Source: Pecten maximus (taxonomy: Eukaryota). Taken from it: a DNA stretch of 64,000 bases. Below are positions 1 through 13,217 of this stretch, in pieces (the first letter of the stretch is position 1; the number at the start of each line of letters is the position of its first letter). The notes beneath the pieces are model-generated. The model did no database searches and was not told the origin of the DNA. It saw nothing but the letters and a program-made list of their open reading frames with translations. The position numbers and the translations under genes are program-made. The stretch is taken from contig NC_047015.1 of assembly GCF_902652985.1 (NCBI RefSeq), positions 42,594,001 to 42,658,000 of the forward strand, in the 5' to 3' direction.

Positions 1-3000
1 AGCGCGTAATACATAAATAAAAAATAGCTAAAATAAAAATATCGCAAAAAATAGGGATTCATTTATTTTTCACGAAAACCGGTATAGTCATTTTCGAAGA
101 AGAAAATACTGTTTTTATCGCGATATAACGCAAAAGTTTCACTTAATAACGCGAAAGAAATATTATTTTCTCCTTCGAAGATGATCCCAACCGCTTTCGT
201 TATAGTTTTTGTTTCTCCTGTGTGTTGGAAAATTGTGATTATGTGTACGGCGATACGGGGCAAACAGGTCAGTGTGTCATTAGTTAAATCCTGGAATAGA
301 TTTACAGGCTGTAATTAAACGCAGCAGGATAGCTTCCCTGTGCTGATTGGGATTAATATAATTAACAAGGTAGTAGGAATTAGATCAGCCCACCATCAGA
401 GAGAGAGTGACAGAAGGGATGGGCAATTATTGAAACAAATTATACCAAGTCAAATAAAGACACAAAATTGAGCCAAAAATAGGAACTCGATCAAAGATCA
501 TTTTACCGAAATGACGCATCATGAACGTAGCATGGTGAAAAGGAATAGCAAGACATATATTAAAATCCATATACTCAGTCGACGCAAAAAGAGATTGATA
601 ATGACTTGAAACTATTTTAATAATGCTCTTCTATATACAAACAGCAATTAAATGTCTACGTAGTTTATAATGTGTAGGGGTTTTCAGGGCTTTATCGACG
701 ACATTTTCCCTTTGCAATTATCAACAACAAAACGGATATCGAATTTCACGAAATTGTGTTATAATTATGCGTCGTTATAGATATATGCTCGATATCATAT
801 TTGTTATTTAGTAGTTAGTTGTTCTGATAATACATGAGATTATTGAGACACATAAACACACAACATATAGATAGCATTTATCTAAGTATTAAACTGGCTT
901 GATATGGTATATTTTATCGATTTAAATGCCAGATAGTTTCAGACAAATGGCATAGGCGCTAGACAGTTCAATGATTATATTTAAGTCCTCAGAGTATCTT
1001 TCTAAAAGATATATAAATGAAATTCAAGCTTTGGTTTAAAATCCTCGCCTTACCGACAGCTTCAACATTTGTGTTTAACAACTGGATCAGTCTGTAATCC
1101 CGAGAGAAATTAATATAAGCTTTCAGCTGATTTTTCAATCCAATACCAAATATCCTTTGTTTATTTGAACAACTGGTGAACAACTTTCTGGAAATGGAAA
1201 TTCCGTTTATACTAAATTATACGGCTGGGAAGAAACATATGAAATAGCGACCATTAGACTAGTCATTGATTCGGCGTTAAGAAGCAACTTGGGTAAGAGT
1301 AATTCCATCAGAAACCACGTAACAGCGAATTAGTAATTCATATTTAAAGCAAATCTTTTCATAACGGTCCCTAATATTGACGAGAAACAAGGCCTTCAGC
1401 ATGGCCGTGTTCATGTGTGGATTACAAATTCCATCTTTAATGAAATGTATATATCTACATTAATTGCGGAACGCCCGCAAGTGATTGTTTCATACCTGTT
1501 TCATACCTGGCACACATATAGGTATATAGTGTTACGCGTAGTGATATTGTACATGTAAACGTGTAGACCTTCCCAATTGACTGAACCATTTATGTATTTT
1601 AACATGCGAAGGGAAGCAACTCTGATGACGTCAGTACATATTCCTGGTAAAGAGAAGAATTGTTCAACCAGGAATTATTCCCAGTATCATAAAGTGGAAT
1701 GAATTCCAGATAGGCACTAATAGAAAGAGGAGAAATAAAGCTTTAAAGTGTTTCAATGGAAGCAGCACACCAATTTCTGTCTCTTTGATGGGCATTAATT
1801 ACAAAGACAGAGGAAAATTCATAGATTCCGAAGCTCTCCCTGACATTTATGATCGTATGAGCGACATTACGAATATTGCATTCTCATTAGTGATGTTAAC
1901 AGAAACCAGTCATCGGTTTTCTGATTATCAATTTTAGGAGATACATTGTATTACAGATGAGAATAATGAATACAATGGAAAAGGACAGTAGAAAATTTGA
2001 AACGTGGAAAACACATTTTATGTTATGAATATTATTATATAATGATTTACAGTTTTAGTTTTACTGGTGAACTTAAAGTCCCCGAGATTTTCCGTCACCT
2101 GGCACGCGATTAATTCCTACGAATAGTGGTACTGATTTAGAATTTACCCGCATATTTAATGTTTTAAAATATCCAGTATCCAAACATACATAATATATCA
2201 ACTATAAGTGACAAGTACATCCCTCTTCTGTTTAATGTATTACATCCGTTTACACCAATTTCGAATTTCCTGCATTTTCACCTTTTTGACCCCTACCATT
2301 ATTGACGAATCCTATATGGGCAAAGTATTCGTATGGTACAGATTAACATTAATTGTTTGGCAAACAAATCTTTATCCATTATCAAATATATATCTAATGA
2401 AACTTTGCGCTCTTGTATCTTCTGGAAACTCTTTCAGTATTTTTTGATGCAAACACCGTATAAAACAATACACAATAAATTACAAAATGTAAATATATTT
2501 ATATACATTAGATTGTATCTCATGTAAGATAATATTGACAGTTGTAAGGGATGCAACTCTGACATACTTAAACTTTCTGTTGCGGCTTTTCATACCTCAA
2601 TTAACGAAATGACAATCTTCACACATTGGGAGCTTTGCATATTAGTTGGATTTTATGACAAATCTACCAAACACAATATCGAGCTCGGCGTTCAGTTTTA
2701 CCTACCATGTTCAGTAAAGGATTTATATTGTATCCAGCCAGTTATCACTGTTTATTGACGATATAAAAGATATAATGATTATCAAAACTTTTCGAATAGA
2801 TAAGTGAGATAAAATCATTGTAAATAATGTCTGCAAGTTGCAAAATTTATGTTTTTAAGAAGTTATGTAAATATATGTTATTGATAGCTCAGATCGCCGG
2901 CGTCCATGTCAATTATCGGATACTATCTAAGGCAACCATGTTTTCCTTCAGTAGTAGTATTAGTTTGATATCATAAACGGATCTCATAAATTAGTATTTT

Positions 3001-3149
3001 GTCCAATTATATCCGAAAATAAATTCATTAATACAGAAAAAAAGAAACCATAAATACGTATGGCGAGTTATAAGTTTCTGGACATATCAAATTACATTTA
3101 ATTACTTTTATGAATCTCTAGTATACTGTATATGACGGTTGGGATAAGG

Positions 3150-5560
3150 ATTTCCACTAGCATTTATGCATTGTTGGCAACATCATGGAACTCACACACC
3201 GTCACACGCTGCTCTCTTTAATAAAGCAATACAGGCTAGGATGTATAATTTTCGTATTTGAAGTTCTGAATAGGATGCGATTCGTGGACTGTCTCATTAA
3301 CCAACGATGCCTTGCCCCTAAACATTGGGTCACATCGACCTCTCTGTCTGTAGGTGCCACAATGTCCATGTACAATTGAAAGTTGGATGTATCCTGAACT
3401 ATTGTCCTTGGGAATCTCTTAATACAATAGAATAGCAGCTGACAATGGTTCACATATCATAGAGCCGGAGATATAAAGTATCTGACCCAGGCCTTAAAAC
3501 AGCCAAACAACTATGAATAATGATAAATTGACGATATAATATTCTGCCCTACCGGAAACCCTGAGTGCGCCATTTAAATATGGTTATGACTCAGCGGCAC
3601 TTTCCTCCTCTGAATGATGATATTCTCGTAATCAGACGTAAAAAAATGTTTTTTCTTGCAAATGTTATACATCAAATAAGTAACTATGCCGAACTCCCAC
3701 CAACGCCTCTGGGTACAGGCATTAATTTGTTATGTGTCTGGATGAACGTCGAAGCCTGCCGAATGCTTTGGTCGCTGTAACTCTTCAGTCTAATCATGGC
3801 GTTATTACCCAAGCAATACATAAGCAAATGATGTTTAAAAGTATGTGTTGTCCATCTCCTCTTCTCGTATATCTAAATGGACATCGGATGCTATCCTGTC
3901 TAGACGAATAAATGGTCAATCCAATCTCTCGTCGAACACCACGATTTTAACACCATAGCTGTATACTAGTCAATTTGTTTACAGATTCTAGTTCCACATC
4001 TGTCCATCAGTGTTGTTTTAAATAGTTTGTCGAAGTTGAAGAGTAAGGGCAAATGTCTAATAAAGTTGCATATTAGATTTATCATATTCATCTGCACACT
4101 TAAAAAAAACCTTAAGTCACAAATTAATGCTTTTCAAAAATTTCTCATAATTTTTAGTAATTAAAGAATTAAGAATACAAAACTGAATAAACATAATAAA
4201 AATAAGGGTTCTAACTCAACCATCACCTCCTACACTTCACGATATTGTCATAATTATTCTAGTGTTCCTTAACAACAAAATGAGATATTGATATCCGTAT
4301 CAAGCAACTCACTCTGCGGCAGGAACAAATATATCCATATTTTGAGTTTCTACATAAATGGGCAAAAAGGCGGAATTCTTTAGAATATAGCAGCCCATGG
4401 AGAAGTTGAGGAGAGTGATGTGCTGTATGTTTCTGCGTATTCGTAGACGTGACTATTTGCATCCCAACTTGATTTTTTGATGACTTATGTATAAGGAGTA
4501 GAGGACTCTAAGGGGATAGACGGCAGCCCAAATAAAAGACTTCCAGAATCGAGAAATTTCTTCCTTCTCATAGGATGACCTGTATCCTCAGAACAGCTGC
4601 GATCTGTTTACTTTACTATAGTTTTTTTTCTTGCCTTTCTTCTATGCTTTGTTGTAGTAGTATCCTGTGTCATTTTCACAAGGTGTCAAAGACGTAAAGG
4701 CCCGTACAAACATATTAGACAATTAGAGTTACATCAATGTAGGTCAAAGGTTATATCAAAATTGATTCTGACGCACGGATGATTGGCTCCAACTCACGTC
4801 TTGAATTAAGGGGAATACATTATTCTGAGGTCATGTCCATATCAAATCACCAGTGGTTATACAAATATTTCAAGACATTCCCAGCCTGAGAGGATTGGGG
4901 AAAAAAGTCATCATCATGTCTTTTTGTGTTCGGCGTCCCGCATGTTTGTTTACGCTGCGGTCGATTTTCATTTTAAATACCGTCATTTTGCACTTATCTT
5001 TAATTTGTTCAAACCGTTAAGACATCAGAAATGACGGATTCCCCGGTGAATGTATCGAAGGACGTTTTTACATGGGCCCACCAATTGCAAGTAGACACAG
5101 GCCTAAGCTTTATCCACTTTTTATGCATGGTTTCCCGATACCCATGCGACAACAGACAATCCTATCTATTTCCGAGGTCGAGACTGGAACAGTCTGCAAA
5201 CAAAGGAGGTATTATCGGCCACCTATCTTGATTACCTGCACAAATCGATAAAATATTCATAGCATGTGATTGACTTGATATCAATGAAAGCACTAGGTAT
5301 CTAATTTCCTGTGTGGCATTGGATGGGTGTATTGTACAGTATACACGTATCTGTACACCTTTGCTGTGTCCCCTGTGTACCACTTCTATAGTATATAGTG
5401 ATATCAACAGGCGTATTAACATCGTACGAGTGACACTGACCTACCCAAGGACAATACTCACCTATAATTGATATTTTATAAAGCCAATGTAGCAATATTA
5501 AATATAGTCCGATATATGATGGTTTACGGGCGTCCATCACCGCACCTTCGCCACATACAA
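3150..5560 (-). mobile_element. Heavily decayed DIRS/Ngaro-like tyrosine-recombinase retrotransposon relic
   Basis: Minus-strand motif remnants in the expected order. RT end: ATQEIRYL (~5330-5295). RT-RNase H link: KWIKL..WW...DTFTGESVI (5119-5030). RNase H: RELEPIIRA (~4800-4772). YR N-domain: KKFLD...FGLPSIP..LYISH (~4563-4480). YR catalytic: SYSDQSIRQAST and RRW..SSA (~3785-3685). SGNH-like: VVWL, LLFYC, IIHPSL, DGV (~3515-3195). Many stops and frameshifts. Confidence 0.55.
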
Positions 5561-7452
5561 ACTATTGGACAATCTAACGACACGCATGAGTCTCACATCA
5601 AGTTCTTTATCAAAGAGAAAAGACATGTTCAACGTTAAAATGTTGTAGCTATGATGCGTATCTGAGACCATGTTATTCATATTTCAATTGTTGCGATACA
5701 TGATCAATACCATTTGCACTAGAAGTAATTTTTGCTGAGTATTTTTGTAACCGTCTTCACCTACAAGTATATACTTCCTGGTTCAGTAATATTAATACAT
5801 GTATATGCACATTTTATACTCTGTTATGCTATATATAAGAAACACAATGATACAGGCACATATTTCTCGAAAATAAGATTTAAAACAAAATCAGTATAAT
5901 ACAAATACATTAATTTTTTGAAGTACGGGGATGCTGAAGAGTAACGAGACAAAAATTGCGGATTTCATTATAAAGTCGCCATCAATATTTACATATAATT
6001 CGTGATCAAATGCGTTGGAGAATGGGAAATAATTATGATATGATAAGTAATACACAGACGGCAGAATACCCTAACGTATCACTACTACTTTCGTTTTAAC
6101 GGGTTTCCTCATTCAACGATCCATGTTCACTTTAGTGCTGCATCGTCTTTTGTTTAATTTTTGCCGTGATTAATAGGTTTGTATTGATATTTCAACTTAC
6201 ACTGACTATAATAACAACGGAAATGGATTGCAGCTCTGTGTGTTTTTGTTCATAAATATAAAGCCTTATCAAGTTAAACTTTATAATCCCCTAAATGTTT
6301 ATTTTCATTTAATTTCCCTCAAATCTGCTCAGTAACGTCAATAATTCAAAAGTATGTATTCTTCATCTAAGAATAGACCGTGAACCAATACTGAGTGGTC
6401 CGAGTTACAATATCCTAGGATAATAAATAGAAAAGCAAAGGTTGGATTATCAATGGTCGTGAAGTTACTGCTAACTTATGGTGGCTTTTAATGTTTCACC
6501 TTTCGTTGATTTTTGTCTTACATACTCACATTGACTCTGTGAGTTGTGGATTATGTTGTGATTCTACCCAATCATTTTCTTTGCCTTCGCTGCAGCAACA
6601 AGTACGTCTGACCGAATTTTGGGCTTCGCTGGTCATTTTTCTGTGGAATGTGAGAGTAGTCACCGAAACGTCTTATTTCCAGTACTGGTTATGGTATACA
6701 AAAGTCACATTACGAAAACGACTGTGTTAATCTCTTTCATGAATAAATTTAAATCTATAAAATACCTCTGTATGCTTTTTCTTCTTCTATCAAATTTTTT
6801 CTAGAATTTTTTGTAAGACAATTTGGTAACGTTTGGGTAATTAGATAGAAAATATTCAATATTTCACCAATCATCGTGACTTTACTGTATCCCGAATTTG
6901 AGGCATCAAAAGGTTTAGTTGTTTTCGGTGTAGATTATTTGATAAAATGCATGATAATCGTAAATTGAATGTTGGGCTGCAGACACACATATAAAATATT
7001 TCGAAATCTGTGGAATAACTAGATTTTACTTTATGTAAAAATATCTAAATACCATGTGCAGTTATTAGATTAACATTGAATTAATGACTTAAACAGATTA
7101 TTGGAAGTAATGGTAGAGGCAAATCAATTTACTGAAGAGATCTATTTTCGGAACCGGCACGCGGAGTACCACACGGACTCACAGGCGCTGAATCAGGTTA
7201 ACAGAAGTGACTGATTGCATAAAATTCCGCGTAATACAATAAGAACCTGTCAATATTACTTGCAACTTCATGCGCATGCTTCAGTGTATATATATTGCTC
7301 TACAAGATCCCTGTATGTAATTACCCCCCTTTTCAAGTCGGCAATGAATGGGTCACGTAATTTTTATATAAAGGTGATCTATTAACAGAAACTCTTATAA
7401 ACTTTAAGTCTTTTTAAGGTAGTCACAATCCAATGGCGCTACGAGCAAACTG

Positions 7453-7476
7453 CCCCCCCCCCCCCCCCCCCCCCCC
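7453..7476. repeat. poly-C tract (C24)
   Basis: Directly visible homopolymer. Confidence 0.95.
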
Positions 7477-8247
7477 TTCGTCAAAAAAGCATTCCAGCAC
7501 TTGAAGAAGATAAATTACTTGTGAATATCATCGACACATATACATGTAGGTAAATCTAATTTAGCAGCTTCCTGGTCCACCATACCTACAATTCATTTAA
7601 CCAAACATTATTGTAGATTAGTTGAACATGTAGAATCACCAACATTGAATTTTTCTATTTGTGATATTAGAATTATAGTAAAATTCAGAAAGTCAGTACG
7701 TGCAGAAATATTAATATATGTCTACTACAATACGGCGTGTTATTCCACTCTCAGATCTTTAAATATATCCATATGCAAGTAGACCTTTCGGTCATGTGAT
7801 TGGTTGAGAATAAGGAAGGATAAGAAGAGTTTTATCAAGTCATATCATATTTTGCTTTCATCGGTATGACATTGGACTTAATTCAACTTACAGATCACAA
7901 TGTCATGGTCGTGCCATGGTGTCGAATACTGTTAGTCTGCTATTTTCCCCATCCTTTGCAAATATTTGAAACGGATGCAACGAATTGCCCATATGAACTC
8001 TCTCGATAATTTTAATTTTGATAGCTTTATTTCATTACGGATCACAAAATGACTAAAGATTTACTTCAAAACATATTCGTCTCTTGCGACTGTTCAGTTG
8101 ATAGATTCAAAATATACACACTTCAAGTGAAAAAGACGTCGTATCTAAAAACAACTTATTGTGTAATATTCTCTGATGTAGAGAACAGAGTCATGATGGA
8201 TAAGAGCATAAAAGGACTTTGAGAGCAAGAACATGGAGTGAATCTTA

Positions 8248-8396
8248 CGTTTGGTTTGACTTTGTGTTGTACGAGATGTATGCGTGTGGTGAATCAGTGT
8301 CTTTTGGGAGGTTGTGGTATGTGTTTGTCTCCTTGCGATAGCGCGGAACTAATACCGATTTTATAGTGCTACCTCACTGAAGCATACTGTCGTAGA
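8248..8396 (-). mobile_element. Meta-SINE-like fragment (3' part and tail)
   Basis: ccgattttatagtgctacctcactgaagcatactgtcg matches 36533-36572 closely; a GTTT-type tail lies at the left end. Confidence 0.55.
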
Positions 8397-9445
8397 ATGT
8401 CAAATCACGCCAAAGATATATAATTTTATGTAAGAAAACAAAATCAATGAAGTTCTATTTTACTAGCCTGCTTATTTTTGATGATGGAGAAAAACAAGAA
8501 TTGGACATGAAATAATATATAGCCGAGTATATATCTCACAGTTTGCAATACTAAATGGCATGAATAAAACTATGAGCGGTTTATTTACATATAAATGGGT
8601 CAGTTGATATAAAATGTTATCATGAGTTAGTGTTTTCAATATTGGCCAGATTTTTACACTTCTGCTGCAGCCCAATAAAGCAGACCTTGGGTAATAACTA
8701 GGTCAAACTTGAAAACATTAATTTATAACCTTATATGCAATTGGAGGAACAGGCTTCAATCATCGATATCCATTTTACAGGTGCGTATATTCCACAACGT
8801 AAACAAGCATTACCATCAAACTGTCAAACACCAAGCGCATCCTTATTTTCCATTTGCTCTATACCAAACGATTAGTCCTAATAGAAAAGTCCTTTGTATC
8901 GGCAGGTTCCACGTGAATTGCGGTCAATGCACATATATATCAAGAGTGGCAATTCCGTGATTAAACATGTTGAAGCTCAATAAGTGTTTCCTGACCTGGT
9001 AGCCTAGAAGAAGACAAATGTGTATACTGATTTGAAAAATAAATCCATTGGCATCCACTCCAATATCACCAATTGCGTAGAAAAAAAGGTAAAGCATTTC
9101 CCCATGTCCCTGGTTCTTTCGGTAATTGTTACAAAACATCAATTTTAAAAAGGTAATGAACACTGTAAAAAGACAAATACTTTAAAATGTGAAGGGCCTA
9201 ATTAAGCGAAGACAGCCATTTTGTTGAGCTATTAACATTTCATGATGCACGTCATTGTCTATATTACGACTCAAAATGAACTTTAGACCGGTACCGCTAA
9301 TGTAAAACGCTCGGGGGTATATTACACCAGTGACATATGCAAAAACGTTGCACGGTTGAGTTAACTGGATAATAAGATGGTTATGTGAAAAATAAAAATA
9401 AAAATACGACATAGTGAAACGGGGAAATATCGAGTTAGCTACATG

Positions 9446-10098
9446 TATATAGAGGATATCAAATAGCTTCTCGTTGACTATTGCATACAATCTCATGAGT
9501 ATGGCAGAATATTGCTATTTTCACGAGTACGAAGCACGAGTGAAAAAGATTTAAATATTCTGTCATACGAGAGAATTATATGTAATATTCACCGGGAAAT
9601 CGTTCAAGTTTCCTTTTATTACATTTCATAATAAAAAAAAACAAAATTAAAAGCATCGAAAAATTTAAAGTGCCAAAAAGTGTGAGACTCCGTATCATAA
9701 TTCATGACTTCGTCTCTTTGTGACGTTAATCCACGGCGCCTTGTTGAAAGGACTGATCAACGCAATTGAAGCGTTTTATGCTGTTATCGGATAATTTGTG
9801 CATGAAAAGCTAACGTCAGAAGAGGTGTTTTTTGTTTGTTTTTGTTTTTATTAAAAACTAGTCTGAATATTTCAGAAATACAGTAAAGTTATTTATTTAT
9901 CTATATTCGCTTCGATTGGAATAATCGGCAAGTTTCAATGAGGTGAATACAAAAGTTAGTTCTGATTGGTCAAAAACGAAAAATCATTTTTTCACAAAAC
10001 CTATATTTTCACTGCAAGGTCTTATTTTTTCATCGCTCACATCTGCAAGTTCGATCAGATAAATTTCGATATTTCACTGGCAAAAAAATGCAATAAAA
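9446..10098 (+). mobile_element. Non-autonomous dispersed repeat with long imperfect palindrome (Crypton-like by recollection), copy 1
   Basis: Imperfect palindrome ~9479-9587 centred on gtacGAAgcac; collinear homology with 17836-18175. Confidence 0.65.
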
Positions 10099-10373
10099 TA
10101 CATTAAAGCAATACTATATATATATTTATAGTTTCCATTTATAAGCACCAATTGAGTACACTATATAACACAGATGTTGTAATGAATATAAATGGAGCAT
10201 TTTTTAACATACTTTATTGAACATCAATATGATATGGAATCCAGACGAGGCTTCAAGAAGAATTTGGCATTACCTCTACTAATCTAATAGATTTCATGTT
10301 TCATGAAGAATATTAGATCCAATTTATTAGAACTACGACAGTCTACATTTTGTATTGAACCATAATATCTCTT

Positions 10374-10560
10374 TAAGGTGGATCTCGGGGGTCAATGAAA
10401 AGGGGTCTTATGGCCTTGGCTGGCATATCCTGCAATTTACAGCATTTCTGAGCTGTAACCGTTAAGGATTCAAAAGCTACGGTCAAAACTAACAAACACA
10501 ATTTTGAAATATAATCAAAGTAAGCTATATGAACATTCGGTAAGGATTGATCCACGCTTA
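10374..10560. mobile_element. Possible short MITE
   Basis: Ends TAAGGTGGATC / GATCCACGCTTA form an 11-bp inverted match with one extra base; TTAA on the left only. Confidence 0.25.
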
Positions 10561-12999
10561 TAAGATAAAAACTAGGTATCAGTCATGAAGTCTACAACAT
10601 ACTTGCAGATTAGAAATTTAAAAATTGTACACATAATCTACTGATACATGTGACGCCATTTTGTCGTAGATTTTCGACGTTGTGCTGAATCAAATATTAT
10701 GCTTGAGTGTTCTGCACCTTACACAGGCAATTTACCTAAGTACATACCATTATAAGACAAAACCCCTAAATGAGCTGCTAATATCCATATTCATAACAAC
10801 ATAGGAATGCAGCAAAGATGTACTAAACATTCATAATGGTTACGAGGTTGAGGGTTAACTTGCCTCGGAAAAGAAGCTCTTTCAGCGATAAGATGTATTG
10901 TGTGTGTTTTTGTGTTCATTGATGTAACAAGATTGTATATGACTTAGCTGTGCGACCTCGTTGTTTCTCTCTCATGTTCCAGTAGATTTCCCTTTTATAA
11001 ATTGTGTAGTATGTCTACGAAATGACAATTCCATTTATTTTACTTATAAACACAGGGGACCACAATGTGACAAGGCCTAAATGAATCCCATGATATGTGT
11101 GATACCTAAAACATTTTTAAAGGAATCATGGAGTTCAGTGTGACAATTAAGTCAAGCAGACAATGTTCTAACGCAAATTAGACATTTAACAGAACATACT
11201 TGAAGACTACACGTCACCTTTGAGATAATTAACTTGTACAAGCACATAAAGTACTCTCTAGATTTCCCCGTGTTTAACTAGGGAAATAACCCTCCCTCGG
11301 GACTTAGGTCTGTCAGAAACAGCCGGTGAGTTCGTCTTCTTTCTCACACAATCTAGGTCGCCGGTCACTGTCAATGTCGATATTTCTACAAAGGTGGCAA
11401 TGTATAGTCTTTAAGCTGTTCGAGTAGCCACATTGATACTTTTCATTTGCTCACGAGTTTGGAAAGATATTTCACTATAGATAGAGTGTAATCATGCTGA
11501 ATGGTTTATATCCGGAAGAATAAACGTCTTGTAAATTGTGATTAATGAGTTAGACACGAAATGCCAGTGATTATTGTGAGTGTAAAAAGAAGCAAAACAT
11601 GGTGATATTTTCTGAATTATTAGCAATCCTCTCTTTAGGGAATGTATGTATAAAACTACTGTCGATTCAAAACATTTCATATTCTAGATAACGTCAGTCA
11701 GCACCCAAAACACTAATTAAGCTTCTGGTTCAGTTATAAACCATCAGAGGATTATCCTATTGTATAAAATCCTAAACAAAATATGTTTTTGATGACAATA
11801 ATGAGGATTACAGTTAACTTATGATTAACGGCCACTGCGGAGTAGACAAGATATAAAAGTAATTTGTAGATAATAACTAGAAAGACAATAAGGCATTGTC
11901 TGACAATATAATGGTAGAAAAAGAGCTTTGTTGGTTGGAAATAACAGTACGCTGACGACAGTGTTTTGCAAGGTATATGATGCATTTTAGCTATGCCAAT
12001 GTCTTAACACGTGTGTACATGTATGTGTATCTGTTTGTTACTACCAAAATACATTCTAACAACCAATAATACCTATGCTTGGAGCAAAATTGATTACTTT
12101 TATTAATATCCTTTTCCATTTGAGGTATTTTTGAATACATCAGTTCAAAGATACATTTATTTATATTATTTATACTAAATATCTTGTATTAATTTTTATT
12201 GAATCGCCCAAGCAAGCTTAAAGATATCAATACGACCTTGATATCAGACTTGTTTTTCAAGTTAATCAAAATAGAAAGAATTGAATTGGTTTTTTTCATT
12301 AACAGAAAACTCAATCATCCCCATTTGTTTTACCAAGTTATGGTATATACAGCTAAATCGAAATGCGGGATTAGGATCAGCATGATATTGATAGCCTGTC
12401 GCTTGCAAATGTACAAATGTCATGTAAAACTGCAATTAGCGCGACGTTTCTGGTGATATGTTTTTCTATTGAGGTTTCATATGCGTAGCATGTTACTGAG
12501 GTAAATTTACACATTCTGAAAAGTAGTCTTTGTGGTTGGAAAATAAGTTTGCACACACGGAAAAAATCCCACAAGTGTATTAAAACAGACAATGAAAAAT
12601 GAGTTCTTAGAAAATTTTCAAATTGTTTATAAACTGAAAAAATTTCAGGGTTTTGTTTAATTAAAAAGATATATCACCACAGTACAACAGGACCAACGTC
12701 AAATCATCATGCTTTCTAATATATTGCAGGATGAACTGTAATACCTTGGTCTTAATTTTGTGATTTATATTTGAGATGAAAAAAGCCAACATTTCACTCG
12801 AGTCACATCTATAAATGAGGTTTCTCTGTGCAAAGAAATGCCTAGTTTGAAAGCATGTAGTGCTTTTTACTGACGCCTCTATGCTTTGTGTGTAATATAT
12901 ATGACCGAATTTGCACAAATGACACGGCAGTGTAATGTTGGTGATTTTTTATTTAGACGCTTTGCAAAATGCTTGTCCTTGGTATAGCATTACTGAAAT

Positions 13000-13217
13000 G
13001 CATTGTCTTTAACACTTTATGTAAACATTCGAGGATGGAAAATGTATGTTATAGTTTATGTAAATATTCGAGGATGGAAAATTAATGTTACAGTTTATGT
13101 AATTATTCGAGGATATATAATGCATTTTACAGTTTTTGTGATTATTCGATGATATCAAATGTCTGTTGCAGTTTATGTAAATATTCGAGTGTATGAAATG
13201 TCTGTTAAGTTTATGTC
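13000..13217. repeat. Minisatellite, ~39-bp unit, ~5.5 copies
   Basis: Recurring gtttatgtaaatattcgaggatggaaaatg...ttaca. Confidence 0.9.
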
